Origin: Cyanobacteriota bacterium
GTDB taxonomy: Bacteria; Cyanobacteriota; Cyanobacteriia; Cyanobacteriales; Nostocaceae
NCBI GenBank assembly: GCA_046045965.1
Contig: JBJOKS010000013.1
Span: 73,490 to 137,489 of the forward strand
Reading direction: 5' to 3'
Length of the DNA: 64,000 nucleotides
Part shown: in pieces, positions 33,268-43,895 of the stretch
Position numbering within the stretch: the stretch's first letter is position 1
Layout of the letters: each line of letters opens with the position of its first letter
The notes under the pieces: model-generated
Database searches by the model: none
The model's input: only the letters and a program-made list of their open reading frames with translations
What the model was told of the DNA's origin: nothing
Program-made: the position numbers and the translations under genes

Positions 33268-34068
33268 ATGAAAGAAAATCAGGTCTTAAATATTGAGCAA
33301 GATTTTGCCCTTGTTTTAACAGCTAGTATTGATGTCAAGGGAATGCCTAAAGCTTATCCTACTGTAGCAGAACAGCGTCAAGAAGATTATTACAATAGTG
33401 TTAGGTACTATGTCAATAATCAACCCAGAATACAAAAAATTATTTTTATCGAAAATTCAGGATGGCCTCTTGATAGAGTTAAAGAAGCTGTTACTGATAA
33501 TCCTTATAATAAGAAAATTGAATTTATTTCCTTAGATTGTAATGATTTTCCCAGAGAATTTGGTAAAGGATACGGTGAGAGCTTATTAATAGAAAAAGGA
33601 TTATTGAAATCTAATTTAATTAATACAGTCACCCATTTCGCTAAAATTACAGGTCGAATTTATTTAAAAAATATGACCCAGATATTGGAATCAACAAAAG
33701 AAAATTATGATTGTTTATGTGATTATAAAGATCAAGGGTGGAGAATTAAAAAAATCTTGGGTAAAAAGGATGTAAGTCCCTATTGCGATACTCGTTTTTT
33801 AGTTTTTAGCCAGAATTTTTATGAGCATACTATTAAACCTCTCCATCAAAAACATGAAAAGGGTTGTTTTTATTTGGAAACTCGTTTTTATCAAGCTATT
33901 AAAACTGTAGAAGGACAACAGAAAGTTATTTCTCGTTTTGGTATTGAGCCTGATTTTCAAGGAATTGCTGGTCATTTTGGTGGTAAAAACTATAGCAGTA
34001 AAAAGGAGAGAGCAAAGTTTATGATTCGTTCATTAACTCGACAGTTAGTACCTATGTTACATCTATAA
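33268..34068 (+). CDS. Hypothetical protein, possibly surface-polysaccharide glycosyltransferase-like
   Basis: LVLTASI, IFIENSG, GKGYGE, KITGRIY, DTRF motifs; AT-rich. Confidence 0.6.
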   Translation: MKENQVLNIEQDFALVLTASIDVKGMPKAYPTVAEQRQEDYYNSVRYYVNNQPRIQKIIFIENSGWPLDRVKEAVTDNPYNKKIEFISLDCNDFPREFGKGYGESLLIEKGLLKSNLINTVTHFAKITGRIYLKNMTQILESTKENYDCLCDYKDQGWRIKKILGKKDVSPYCDTRFLVFSQNFYEHTIKPLHQKHEKGCFYLETRFYQAIKTVEGQQKVISRFGIEPDFQGIAGHFGGKNYSSKKERAKFMIRSLTRQLVPMLHL

Positions 34069-34110
34069 AAGCTCTCTGTAAAATCTCTAAATAAGGCATT
34101 TAGTATTTGC

Positions 34111-34145
34111 CATATCTCCGACTTTTTTTGACAGTCGAGCATCTG
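34111..34145. repeat. GAT.CCCGACTT...AAGTCGGG.ATCT palindromic repeat family
   Basis: Degenerate copies at 34111, 34969-35002 and 47106-47139. Confidence 0.6.
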
Positions 34146-34163
34146 ATTTAATTGACAATTGAT

Positions 34164-34937
34164 TCAAAGTTTCCTCTCTACCATCAACATCCGTTGATAA
34201 GATACCCATCCACAGGCTAACATGAACATGGCAAACCAAAATAAAAACCAGAAGTGTAAGATGATATCATTAAATTGATCTCCATTAGCCCACACACCTA
34301 AAAGAGCTTCATTCATGTGATAAATGGGATTAAATCTAGCAATATCCAAAAGAGTTTTCGGAAATAAAGAAGTTGGTAAAAATGCCCCACCTAGAATTAA
34401 TAATGGTACGCCAAAAGCTGCTACCAAAGCATTAACATCTTCAATGCGTCTAGCTAATTGTGTACCTAAAATAAATCCTAAACCAACATAAGCTATGATA
34501 CTTAATATAATAATCAATATTCCTAATAAAATCGAACCTTGAAAAGTAGCACCCCAAAAAGCAGCAATAGTATAAACTAAAAGAGTTTGTCCAATACCAA
34601 TACAGCTATGAGCAAGAAAAATTCCCAAAAAATAAGATGTACCACTTAACGGAGAAATAAACAAGCGTTTGAGGGTTTGCTGTTCTCTTTCTGCAACTAC
34701 AGTAGCAACACTCCCACCCAAACAACTAAAAAATAGTGCAGCACCTACTAAAGTTGAAGGAGCAGCATTTTCAAAAGCCACAGCCATTGTTAATTTTGCC
34801 CGTTCTGCCAAAATAAAGCCATTGAGAATTAAAATTGAGATGGGGAAAATACTCCAAAAAATTAAGCTGCGTCTGCGTCGTAAGAGTTCAATTAAGATGC
34901 GCTGAGTTACAGCTATAGTTTCACGCCAATATTTCAT
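34164..34937 (-). CDS. ABC-2 type transporter permease
   Basis: 6 TMs, EREQQTLKRL, GAFLP, NPIYH. Confidence 0.9.
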   Translation of the reverse strand: MKYWRETIAVTQRILIELLRRRRSLIFWSIFPISILILNGFILAERAKLTMAVAFENAAPSTLVGAALFFSCLGGSVATVVAEREQQTLKRLFISPLSGTSYFLGIFLAHSCIGIGQTLLVYTIAAFWGATFQGSILLGILIIILSIIAYVGLGFILGTQLARRIEDVNALVAAFGVPLLILGGAFLPTSLFPKTLLDIARFNPIYHMNEALLGVWANGDQFNDIILHFWFLFWFAMFMLACGWVSYQRMLMVERKL

Positions 34938-35104
34938 CTTGATTAGTTAATATACAATTTTACCGCATCAGATACCCTACATCTTTGAGAAGTCGGGAAT
35001 CTTGACTTAAAATTATTATACATTGGCAATTTACAGAAAAAGCTGTTAAATTCTATTTATCATTTCATGCTGTGTTTCATCGTGAGAAGTTCATTGCGTC
35101 AATC

Positions 35105-37051
35105 ATGAGTCAACTATTTAATTTACCAGAATCATCTACCATTTCCCGGCGTACACTGCTAAAATTATTTGGTGTAGGTACGATAGTCGGAGCCACAGGA
35201 TATTCTCGTTTTAGTAAACCACAACCGTCAGTTTTTCAACCAGATAATCTGGATTTACCCAAGATATTAAATACTAACAAAACTGTTGCTGTCATTGGTG
35301 GGGGTTTAGCTGGTTTAGCTTGTGCATATCAATTAGTGCAACGAGGTTTTACTGTCACTCTGTTAGAAAAATCTCCACAACTAGGGGGGAAAATTGCCAG
35401 TTGGGAAATAGAAGCTGTTGGTGAAAATTTCAGAATGGAACATGGTTTTCATGGTTTTTTCCCCCAGTATTATAACTTAAATAGTGTGGTGTCTGAACTA
35501 GGGATAAAAGATAATTTTCAATCCTTAAATTATTATTCAGTAGTTTATCACAATTCTCAATATCAACCAGAGGTATTTCGTCCTAGTAGTTCTGCCTTTC
35601 CTTGGAATATTATTGATTTAGCTGTTGCTTCTCCCAATCGCTTACAATGGGGGATAAATCTCACTAAAATCAAGCATTTACAAGTCTTTCAAGCAATTAC
35701 AGGTTTTCAGCGAGAAAAGAATTATCAGCGTTTTGATCATATCTCTGTTGCTGATTGGGTTGCTACAGAATTTCCCCAAGGTTTGTATGATTTGTATTTT
35801 CTCCCTTTTGCCAAGTCTAGCTTAAATGCACCTGATTTAATGAGTGTGGGAGAACTAATGCAGTTTTTCCATTTTTATTTTTTTGGTAATCCTGAAGGAT
35901 TGGCTTTTAATGGTACAAAAGATGATATGGGGACAAGTTTAGTCCAACCTATCGCTCAAACAATTCTCAAAAATGGGAAGATTATCACAGATGCAAATGT
36001 GAGTGAAATTGTTGCTAATGAAGGTAAAATATCGGGAATTAAATATTTTGTAGGAAACAATAATAATACAGTGCCTTTTTGGGTTAAGCGTAACTCAATT
36101 GTTAATGATGAAAGAATAGAATATTTTGGCGCTGCGGATGAAGTTTATGCTGTCAAAAATGGTAGTCAGGAAGCAATTTCTCTCACTTGTACACATCAAG
36201 GTTGTACAGTGAAAATGGCAGAGGATGGACAATTTCACTGTCCTTGTCATGGTGCAGTATTTACAGCAGATGGTAAAGTTGTTAAAGGACCAGCACAAAG
36301 AGATTTATCTAAGTTTCAGGTAATGCAGAAACAGGATGATAATTTGCAACTTTTAGCAGTTAATCAAGAGTCATCATCACCAGAAATAATTAACGCTGAT
36401 TATTATGTTTTAGCGACTGATGTACCGGGAGTGCAACAATTATTTAAACGCATGACTGGGGATGTAGATAAAAACGTGAAACAAGTGCGATCACAAATTG
36501 AAAACCTCAGTGTTGCTGATCCTTTTGCAGTTTGTCGTTTCTGGTTTGATCAGGATTTTCAATGGGAACATAGTAATTTTACTTCTTTATCCGGTTACAA
36601 ATTAACTGACAGTATCACCCTTTATCACCGCATTCAAACCCAATTTATTGAATGGTCAAAACGCACAGGTGGTAGTGTAGTAGAATTACACGCTTACTGT
36701 TACAAAGAAAAAGAATTTCCTCACCAAGAAGCGTTGTTATCCACCTTTGAACAGGAACTTTATGATATTGTTCCTGAATTAAAACAAGCAACTTTACTAC
36801 ATCGAGAATTAGTAAATCAACATAACTTTTCTGGATATCCACCCAATAGTTATACAGAACGTCCAGAAACTAATACAACTTTGACTAACTTATTCTTTGC
36901 AGGTGATTGGGTAAAAATGCCTTTTCCTTGTGGTTTAATGGAACGCGCTGTGAGTAGCGGTTTACTCGCTGCTAATGAAATTTCACACAGTGAAGGTTTG
37001 CAGCGAAGACCACTTTTAACAGTTAATCCAGAGGGAATGTTACAAATTTAA
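35105..37051 (+). CDS. FAD-dependent carotenoid desaturase with inserted Rieske domain (CrtU/CruE-like)
   Basis: GGGLAG, EHGFHGFF, CTHQGC...CPCHG, AGDW, MERAV; N-terminal SRRTLLK. Confidence 0.78.
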   Translation: MSQLFNLPESSTISRRTLLKLFGVGTIVGATGYSRFSKPQPSVFQPDNLDLPKILNTNKTVAVIGGGLAGLACAYQLVQRGFTVTLLEKSPQLGGKIASWEIEAVGENFRMEHGFHGFFPQYYNLNSVVSELGIKDNFQSLNYYSVVYHNSQYQPEVFRPSSSAFPWNIIDLAVASPNRLQWGINLTKIKHLQVFQAITGFQREKNYQRFDHISVADWVATEFPQGLYDLYFLPFAKSSLNAPDLMSVGELMQFFHFYFFGNPEGLAFNGTKDDMGTSLVQPIAQTILKNGKIITDANVSEIVANEGKISGIKYFVGNNNNTVPFWVKRNSIVNDERIEYFGAADEVYAVKNGSQEAISLTCTHQGCTVKMAEDGQFHCPCHGAVFTADGKVVKGPAQRDLSKFQVMQKQDDNLQLLAVNQESSSPEIINADYYVLATDVPGVQQLFKRMTGDVDKNVKQVRSQIENLSVADPFAVCRFWFDQDFQWEHSNFTSLSGYKLTDSITLYHRIQTQFIEWSKRTGGSVVELHAYCYKEKEFPHQEALLSTFEQELYDIVPELKQATLLHRELVNQHNFSGYPPNSYTERPETNTTLTNLFFAGDWVKMPFPCGLMERAVSSGLLAANEISHSEGLQRRPLLTVNPEGMLQI

Positions 37052-37272
37052 TACAGCAACTCTAATACATCAGCCCTCTTTTTATACTCTTTTTTTGGCT
37101 ACAGTATTGAGTTATGTCCCTAATTTCATCCTAATTTCATCTTGATGTAGAAGACTTGAAATAGAGGGCTTTTTAACTCCCACAAGCTAAATAATGACAG
37201 TATTGCATTTTTGAGCTATAGTTCCCAGAGCTAAACCCCTGATAATGCTAAACCCCTGATGATGAATAAACC

Positions 37273-37626
37273 TCAATTTTTATAATTCTGCAAGTATTCA
37301 CTTAAATTTAAACCAATCACCCCGACAATTATTAAAAATATGGATATAAATTTTACCACTGTAAAAGATTCCCGGAACCAAACAACACCAATACTACTAA
37401 TTAAAATAGTACCCAAACCTGCCCATACAGCATAAACTATACTAACTTCTAGTTTTCTCAGAGAAAGAGTTAAAAAAGTTAAACAAAGTCCATAAAAGAC
37501 AAAAATCAAAATAGAAGGAACTATTTTCGTAAATTCTTCAGAAAGTTTCATGCAAATTGTACCAGAAACTTCAAACAGAATTGCTATCATCAGGTAAAGC
37601 CAACTTATCAACATATAGTGCAGCAT
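37273..37626 (-). CDS. SMR (small multidrug resistance) transporter
   Basis: WLYLMIAILFEV, YAVWAGLG, 4 TMs. Confidence 0.9.
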   Translation of the reverse strand: MLHYMLISWLYLMIAILFEVSGTICMKLSEEFTKIVPSILIFVFYGLCLTFLTLSLRKLEVSIVYAVWAGLGTILISSIGVVWFRESFTVVKFISIFLIIVGVIGLNLSEYLQNYKN

Positions 37627-37690
37627 TAGGGTTATTCAATTATCTCTAACAAAACCCCAAATTTCTATAAAATACTTTCAACTCTGTCAC

Positions 37691-38509
37691 CTAGTTAGAT
37701 AAAAAATCTGCCATTGCTGTGGTAAACCCGGCAAATGAACTATAATCTTTTGACACAATAGAAACATTCACACCCAAACTTTTCGCATTTGCGGCTGTAT
37801 ATGGTCCAAAACAAGCAACTATTGTGTTTTCATAATCACTTTTGGAGTCAAACATTCTGATAAAACTTTCTATTTCTGCTGTGCTAGTAAAAGCAATAAT
37901 ATCTATCATTCCTTGACGCATTAAATTCAATTCCACTTGGTAAATATTTTGATCTATATTTTGTGTAATATAAGTAGATAAACGCGTAACTTGCATACCC
38001 AAGTTATTTAAATCATTAATCAAATTAGGTATAACATTTGGTTCAGGTAAACCCACAACTTCAGGAGCAGGTACTAACACCGTTTGCTGCTGAATATTAG
38101 GTATTTTAGATAACTCAGATATAATTCCTGCGGGACTAGGTTCTTGGGGTATTAAATCAACTCTACCACAAATAGATAATAAAGTTTCTGAATCTTTACC
38201 TAAAGCAGATAATTTGCTATTCTGTAACACCGAAAGAGGAATATTTAAATCATGTAGACGCTGAAAAAAAGCAATAATTCCGTTTCTACTGGTAAAAATA
38301 ATCCAGTTAAATTGATCAAGATTATTCAAAGCAATATCTAAATCATTATAGTCTGATAACAGGCAGGTTTCAATAGTAGGCATGAGAACGGGAAGACCAC
38401 CTTGTTTGATGATTTCTTCAGACAAGCGATAGGCATAATTTCTGGGGGATGTGACTAGAATTCTTTTAGCATATAAAGGTAATTCAATAGATGGTGTAAG
38501 TAGATTCAT
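37691..38509 (-). CDS. Uroporphyrinogen-III synthase family protein
   Basis: RILVTSPR, WIIFTSRNG, IAFTSTAE, CFGPYTA. Confidence 0.85.
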   Translation of the reverse strand: MNLLTPSIELPLYAKRILVTSPRNYAYRLSEEIIKQGGLPVLMPTIETCLLSDYNDLDIALNNLDQFNWIIFTSRNGIIAFFQRLHDLNIPLSVLQNSKLSALGKDSETLLSICGRVDLIPQEPSPAGIISELSKIPNIQQQTVLVPAPEVVGLPEPNVIPNLINDLNNLGMQVTRLSTYITQNIDQNIYQVELNLMRQGMIDIIAFTSTAEIESFIRMFDSKSDYENTIVACFGPYTAANAKSLGVNVSIVSKDYSSFAGFTTAMADFLSN

Positions 38510-38524
38510 TTCTCTGTCACCTCA

Positions 38525-39925
38525 CTAGCAACTTACTTTATTATCAGAGAATATGGGAATTTTTATGATAAATTTAGACCCTTGTCCCAAATGAGATATA
38601 CAGGAAAGTTGACCACCATGTTTTTCAACTATAATTTGATGACAGATTGATAATCCTAATCCTGTCCCTTTTCCTACAGGTTTGGTAGTAAAGAAAGGAT
38701 CAAATAAACGTTTTTGTATACTCTCTGGTATTCCCGGTCCATTATCAGTAATGCAAATCATGACGTGATTATCTTCAGTTACCTCACTGCAAATATGAAT
38801 CGTCATTTCTGGTTGAGTCCTTGAGGTGATATTATGACTATAAGGTGATAATTTATAATTTTCCGAAACAGCATCAATAGCATTAGCAATGATATTCATA
38901 AATACCTGATTAAGTTGCCCAGCATAACATTCTACTAAGGGCAGATTTCCATATTCTTTAATTACCTTAATTTCGGGACTATCTGGTTTGGCTTTTAAAT
39001 TGTGTTTCAGAATTATGAGGGTATTTTCAATACCTTCATGAATGTCAACAAACTTTAATTCTGCTTGATCCAGTCTGGAAAAATTGCGTAAGGATAAAAC
39101 AATTTCATTAATTCGAGTAGCACCAACTTTCATGGAAGATAACAATTTTGGCAAATCTTCCATAATGAATTCAATGTCAATTCCCTTCATTTTTGCTTGT
39201 GCTACTACATGAGAAGAAGAAGGTTCTTTTTGACAAGATTCCAGCACGTATATTAAGTCTTGTACATATTCACTTGCATAGCTGAGATTGCCATAAATAA
39301 AATTCATGGGATTATTGATTTCGTGAGCAATACCCGCTACCAATTGTCCCAAAGCAATCATTTTTTCATTTTGTAGTAATCGGGTATAGTTGTGTTGGAG
39401 ATCACGAAAATCTGCTCGTGCTATGCGAACGCGTTCTTTTTCTTTTTGTAGTCGAGAAAGTGTTAAGACGTGGATTTGAGAGTAGGCTAAAAGTAATTGA
39501 TGAAAATCAAGTAAACCGTACTGACAAGATTGATCTGTAATTACAATTGGTTCATAGACAAGTTTAGGCGATCGCCCTAATGCCATCTGAGTTGCATCTA
39601 CAATTGTTGTATCCTCAGATAAGATAGATATCTCAGGGATGAGAAAATTATAAAGATATTCAACAGGACGACCAGCAAACAGTCCCAAACCATAAGGACG
39701 ACTCATTTGCTCAAAAAATAGTCGTCGTGAAATCATGCCAACACATTGGTGATTTCTAGTCAAGATAATTCCTGGTAGCAAAGGTTCTTGATCAAACAGT
39801 TTAGACAATTCATTTCCTAGATGATCTAGCTCAATTTGAACTGTCCAAACTGGTAGTTCTTGCAAGGTTGACTCTAATTTTAGATTCAATTCATCAGCAT
39901 TTCTCATGCCATGCATAGCCAGCAT
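38525..39925 (-). CDS. Sensor histidine kinase with N-terminal CBS-like domain
   Basis: HEINNP, NAID, DNGPG, FFTTK, GTGLGL; N-terminal GMISRR...G..LF. Confidence 0.88.
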   Translation of the reverse strand: MLAMHGMRNADELNLKLESTLQELPVWTVQIELDHLGNELSKLFDQEPLLPGIILTRNHQCVGMISRRLFFEQMSRPYGLGLFAGRPVEYLYNFLIPEISILSEDTTIVDATQMALGRSPKLVYEPIVITDQSCQYGLLDFHQLLLAYSQIHVLTLSRLQKEKERVRIARADFRDLQHNYTRLLQNEKMIALGQLVAGIAHEINNPMNFIYGNLSYASEYVQDLIYVLESCQKEPSSSHVVAQAKMKGIDIEFIMEDLPKLLSSMKVGATRINEIVLSLRNFSRLDQAELKFVDIHEGIENTLIILKHNLKAKPDSPEIKVIKEYGNLPLVECYAGQLNQVFMNIIANAIDAVSENYKLSPYSHNITSRTQPEMTIHICSEVTEDNHVMICITDNGPGIPESIQKRLFDPFFTTKPVGKGTGLGLSICHQIIVEKHGGQLSCISHLGQGSKFIIKIPIFSDNKVSC

Positions 39926-40444
39926 TTTTACAACCCTTAATGTTTATCTAATATTGACGGTTACGAAAATCCGCATTATTTCTCAAGTGATTGTTCCCAA
40001 ACGTGATTGATAATTTTTCCTAGTACGCAAAATAATCATCTGGGATTTATTAGTCAAATCGTTGGTTATCGGTCAAATCAAGCGATCGCAGCATCGATTT
40101 AGTCTATGATCAGAGGATGGATAAATCTTACCATCTGCCCTTTAACTAAAAGTTAAGGATTGAAGCTAAAATCAGCCAAAATGACCGAAAAATATTTTAT
40201 AGTTAAATTTACTTACCTAAAACTTCAAATCAGCAAATAATCTATCTTGATCATGTAAATATTACTGGCTCAAACATCAGAATATTTTATTTATTATACA
40301 AAATTACTTAAGAATTTCTCAGTGATTCTCCATCGGGTTTACTATCCCGCCCAAATTCTTCTATACTGATAATAACGCAGATCATAGATGTAGGAGTAAA
40401 TTCCTGTACATTTCCTCAAAAACTCAGTTGTAAATCTGTAAAAT

Positions 40445-41173
40445 ATGAGCAATACCAGCAATTTTCGTCAAGCTTTCCGTGAAGCACAAAATCACGCCCT
40501 CGTTGGTCCAAACGTCATTGCTAACGCCCTTCCCTATGTTGGTGGTGGGTTAATACTCACCGCAATAGGAACCTATGGTGGTTTGGGAGTTATTCGTTCT
40601 CACCCCGAACTATTCTTTCCCACCTTCTTTGGTGCTGTCGTTCTCGAATTAATTCTATTCTTTGTTGCCCAAAACGTAGCCTCCAAAGGCAACAATAGCG
40701 TCGCCTTACCACTGTTGGCAATTTACAGCCTCTTATCGGGTTATACCCTGAGTGGCTTGGTGTTTGTCGCTTTGAGAACCCAAGGCGTTGGTATTCAAGG
40801 TATTGGTATAGCCGCCCTGGGATGTGGTATCACCTTCATTGCAGCCCGTCAAATAGGTTCTAACCTCTCAGAATCAGACGGTATGGCCTTAACCAAAACC
40901 ATCTCCCTGGGTATCATAGCCTTAGTAGTTGTGTGCCTCACCCAATTTGTCTTGGCTTTATTTGGTGTCTACACACCCAGTTGGTTAGAAATCGGTATTT
41001 CCGGCATAGGCGTTTTTCTATTCGCAGGAGCATCTGTAGTCGATTTTTACATTTTGCCCCGCACCTACCGCAATGATCAATATTTACCTGCGGCTTTGTC
41101 GATGTACCTCACCTACATCAACCTCTTCGTCTTTATTTTGCGGTTACTAATTGCCATTAATGGCCGCGATTAA
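40445..41173 (+). CDS. Bax inhibitor-1/YccA family membrane protein
   Basis: 7 TMs, ALSMYLTYINLFVFILRLL. Confidence 0.9.
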   Translation: MSNTSNFRQAFREAQNHALVGPNVIANALPYVGGGLILTAIGTYGGLGVIRSHPELFFPTFFGAVVLELILFFVAQNVASKGNNSVALPLLAIYSLLSGYTLSGLVFVALRTQGVGIQGIGIAALGCGITFIAARQIGSNLSESDGMALTKTISLGIIALVVVCLTQFVLALFGVYTPSWLEIGISGIGVFLFAGASVVDFYILPRTYRNDQYLPAALSMYLTYINLFVFILRLLIAINGRD

Positions 41174-41214
41174 GTAATTATCAACACAGTAACAAAGGAA
41201 ATTTAAGTAAAATT

Positions 41215-41247
41215 AACCGTGGTTCATGCACACAGACCACGGTTTTT
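41215..41247 (+). terminator. Rho-independent terminator
   Basis: AACCGTGGT...ACCACGGTT followed by Ts. Confidence 0.75.
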
Positions 41248-41312
41248 CATCTGAAGCCGATGACTGATAACTGTTAACTGTTAAAATTGTCTTTATACCT
41301 TAGTAAGCAATT

Positions 41313-42432
41313 ATGGAAGTACTAGAACTCAAACGCGAAATCGAAACGTTGTCTGGCCGCCTGGGTAAAACCCAGGACTATCTTTGACGTACCCGCACTC
41401 AAAGCCAAAATTCATGACCTGGAACAAATATCAGCCCAGCCAGAATTTTGGGACGACCAAAACCAGGCACAACAAACACTGCAAGAACTCAACGATCTCA
41501 AATCCCACCTAGAACAATATCATCAGTGGCACGCCAATTTAGATGATACCAGGGCGGTTGTTGAACTATTAGAACTAGAAACGGATGAAGCACTACTGCA
41601 AGAAGCGGAAGCTACCATTACCAAGCTGAACCGTGAACTTGACCAGTGGGAATTACAACAGTTACTTTCTGGACCTTATGACTCTCAAGGCGCAGTTTTA
41701 ACAATTAACGCGGGTGCTGGTGGTACAGACGCTCAAGATTGGGCGTTTATGCTCATGCGGATGTACACCCGTTGGGCAGAAGACCACGGTTATAAAGTGA
41801 CATTAGCTGAAGAGTCAGAAGGAGACGAGGCGGGAATTAAATCAGCTACCTTAGAAATTACTGGACGCTATGCCTATGGTTACTTGCGCTCAGAAATGGG
41901 TACTCATCGCTTGGTCAGAATTTCCCCCTTCAACGCCAACGGTAAGCGCCAAACCAGTTTCGCTGGGGTGGAAGTCATGCCACAAATAGATAATACCGTC
42001 AAGTTGGAAATCCCAGAAAAAGATTTGGAAATTACCACAACTCGTTCTGGTGGTAAAGGTGGGCAAAACGTCAACAAAGTAGAAACAGCAGTGCGGATAG
42101 TTCATATCCCCACCGGTCTAGCCGTGCGTTGTACAGAAGAACGTTCCCAACTGCAAAACAAAGAAAAAGCCTTAGCCCGTCTCAAAGCCAAATTATTAGT
42201 CATAGCCCAAGAACAACGCGCTCAAGAAATTGCCGAAATTCGTGGTGATATGGTAGAAGCTTCCTGGGGCAACCAAATTCGTAACTATGTCTTTCACCCT
42301 TACCAAATGGTCAAGGATTTACGTACAAATACGGAAACAACCGCGATTGGTGATATCATGAACGGCGAAATTGATGCTTTCATCCAAGCCTATCTGCGGC
42401 AAGAAAACCAATTGGTAGACGGTAATGGGTAA
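41313..42432 (+). CDS. prfB: Peptide chain release factor 2 with programmed +1 frameshift (372 aa)
   Basis: 24-codon frame 0 ends CTT TGA C (41382-41388); +1 frame is open through SPF and GGQ motifs. Confidence 0.96.
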
Positions 42433-42531
42433 TTGGTAAAAATCATCTCCCTGCTTCCCCTATTCCCTATTCCCTGTTCCCTGTTCCCTGTTCCCTGATA
42501 AAGTTATAAATAGATATCATTGTGAAAAATT

Positions 42532-42687
42532 ATGAGCAATTCTCCTGCAAACGAACCTAAACCCAGCTACGTCAAGCTTGCCATGCGAAACATGGTCAGA
42601 AAAGGTGGAACATCTCTCCAACATTTTGGACTAACTGCGGTAGGATTGTTAGCTCTGCTGGTTGGTCTTGCTTACTTAACTCGCTAA
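42532..42687 (+). CDS. DUF3285-like small membrane protein (51 aa), absent from the ORF track
   Basis: MSNSPANEPKPSYVKLAMRNMVRKGGTSLQHFGLTAVGLLALLVGLAYLTR; lies between prfB and ybeY. Confidence 0.85.
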   Translation: MSNSPANEPKPSYVKLAMRNMVRKGGTSLQHFGLTAVGLLALLVGLAYLTR

Positions 42688-42700
42688 CAAAGGAGATTAT

Positions 42701-43234
42701 GTGCCTCCTCAACTTGAATTATTTGTAGATAATTGTTTTCAAGACTCTTCACCAGTCCTCGCGGAAAACAACTTGGCTACTCAGCCAGTAGTATCTGATG
42801 ACACCGTAGAAAACTGGTTTATGCAATGGTTGGAAATTCTCACCCCTGAACTTCCACCTGCACTGAGTTATGAAATCGGACTGCGTTTGACAAATGATGC
42901 TGAAATTCAAGAATTAAACGCCCAATACCGCCAACAAAATAAACCTACAGATGTTTTAGCCTTTGCTTCCTTGGAAGACAACTTCCCCCAAACTGAGGAA
43001 ATGCTGGCTTCTCAACCTTTGTATTTGGGAGATATTATTATATCTATAGATACTGCCCAGGGTCAGGCTCAACAGCAGGAACATAGTTTAATCACAGAGT
43101 TAGCTTGGTTAACTGCTCATGGTTTATTGCATCTTTTAGGCTGGGATCATCCTGATGAAGAAAGTTTGATGGAAATGTTAAAAAAACAGGTAACATTACT
43201 AGACGCAGTAGGTATTATCGTTAACTTAAAGTAG
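42701..43234 (+). CDS. ybeY: rRNA maturation endoribonuclease YbeY
   Basis: NKPTDVLAF, LGDIIIS, HGLLHLLGWDH; AAGGAG RBS. Confidence 0.95.
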   Translation: MPPQLELFVDNCFQDSSPVLAENNLATQPVVSDDTVENWFMQWLEILTPELPPALSYEIGLRLTNDAEIQELNAQYRQQNKPTDVLAFASLEDNFPQTEEMLASQPLYLGDIIISIDTAQGQAQQQEHSLITELAWLTAHGLLHLLGWDHPDEESLMEMLKKQVTLLDAVGIIVNLK

Positions 43235-43375
43235 TGAATGTAAATAAGATTTTGGCTTTGGGTGGCAATGTTTACAAAATTATTGTCACAAATTCCTTAA
43301 AATTACCTCAAATTTTCATTCCGCTCTTAAAATTAACCAAGATTCCCACCTGATAATATTTGTATTCCCCAGCCT

Positions 43376-43831
43376 ATGTCCCAACAAATTTCCCCACCAC
43401 CAACACCAAACCGCTTACCAACCCTTGTGTCTAAAGAACGGGAATTTTCCTGGCAAATAGCCTCTAATTTATTTGTTAGTTTTAAGTATGCCTGGGCTGG
43501 AATCAGCTATAGTTTTCAAACGCAACGCAACTTTCGCATTCATGTAGCTGTTTGCGCTTTCGCTATTGGATTGAGTCTGTTTTTACATCTACAAGCATTA
43601 GAAATAGCCATAATTGCTATTACTAGCGGTTTAGTTTTGACATTGGAGTTAGTGAATACAGCTATTGAGTCTCTGGTAGACTTAACAGTTAAGCAAACAT
43701 ACCATGACTTAGCTAAAGTTGCGAAAGACTGTGCTGCTGGTGCTGTGCTTGTTTCTGCTCTGGTATCTCTGCTAGTAGCTGCTACACTTTTACTTCCTCC
43801 TCTAGTAGCTTTAATTATGACTGCTATTTAA
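43376..43831 (+). CDS. dgkA: Diacylglycerol/undecaprenol kinase
   Basis: QRNFRIH, ELVNTAIESLVD, AKDCAAGAV. Confidence 0.92.
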   Translation: MSQQISPPPTPNRLPTLVSKEREFSWQIASNLFVSFKYAWAGISYSFQTQRNFRIHVAVCAFAIGLSLFLHLQALEIAIIAITSGLVLTLELVNTAIESLVDLTVKQTYHDLAKVAKDCAAGAVLVSALVSLLVAATLLLPPLVALIMTAI

Positions 43832-43895
43832 AGGATTGCCAATCCAAAATCCAAAATCTAAAATCTAAAATCCAAAATGGTATTAGGTAAAAATT

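Noticed and set aside
37627..37690. Guanidine riboswitch upstream of the SMR gene
   Set aside because: Only ~60 bp of AT-rich spacer with no ACGR hairpins or ykkC-type motifs
40396..40409. GTA-N8-TAC NtcA-like site upstream of the BI-1 gene
   Set aside because: A single minimal match expected by chance in AT-rich DNA; not at the activator distance from a -10 element
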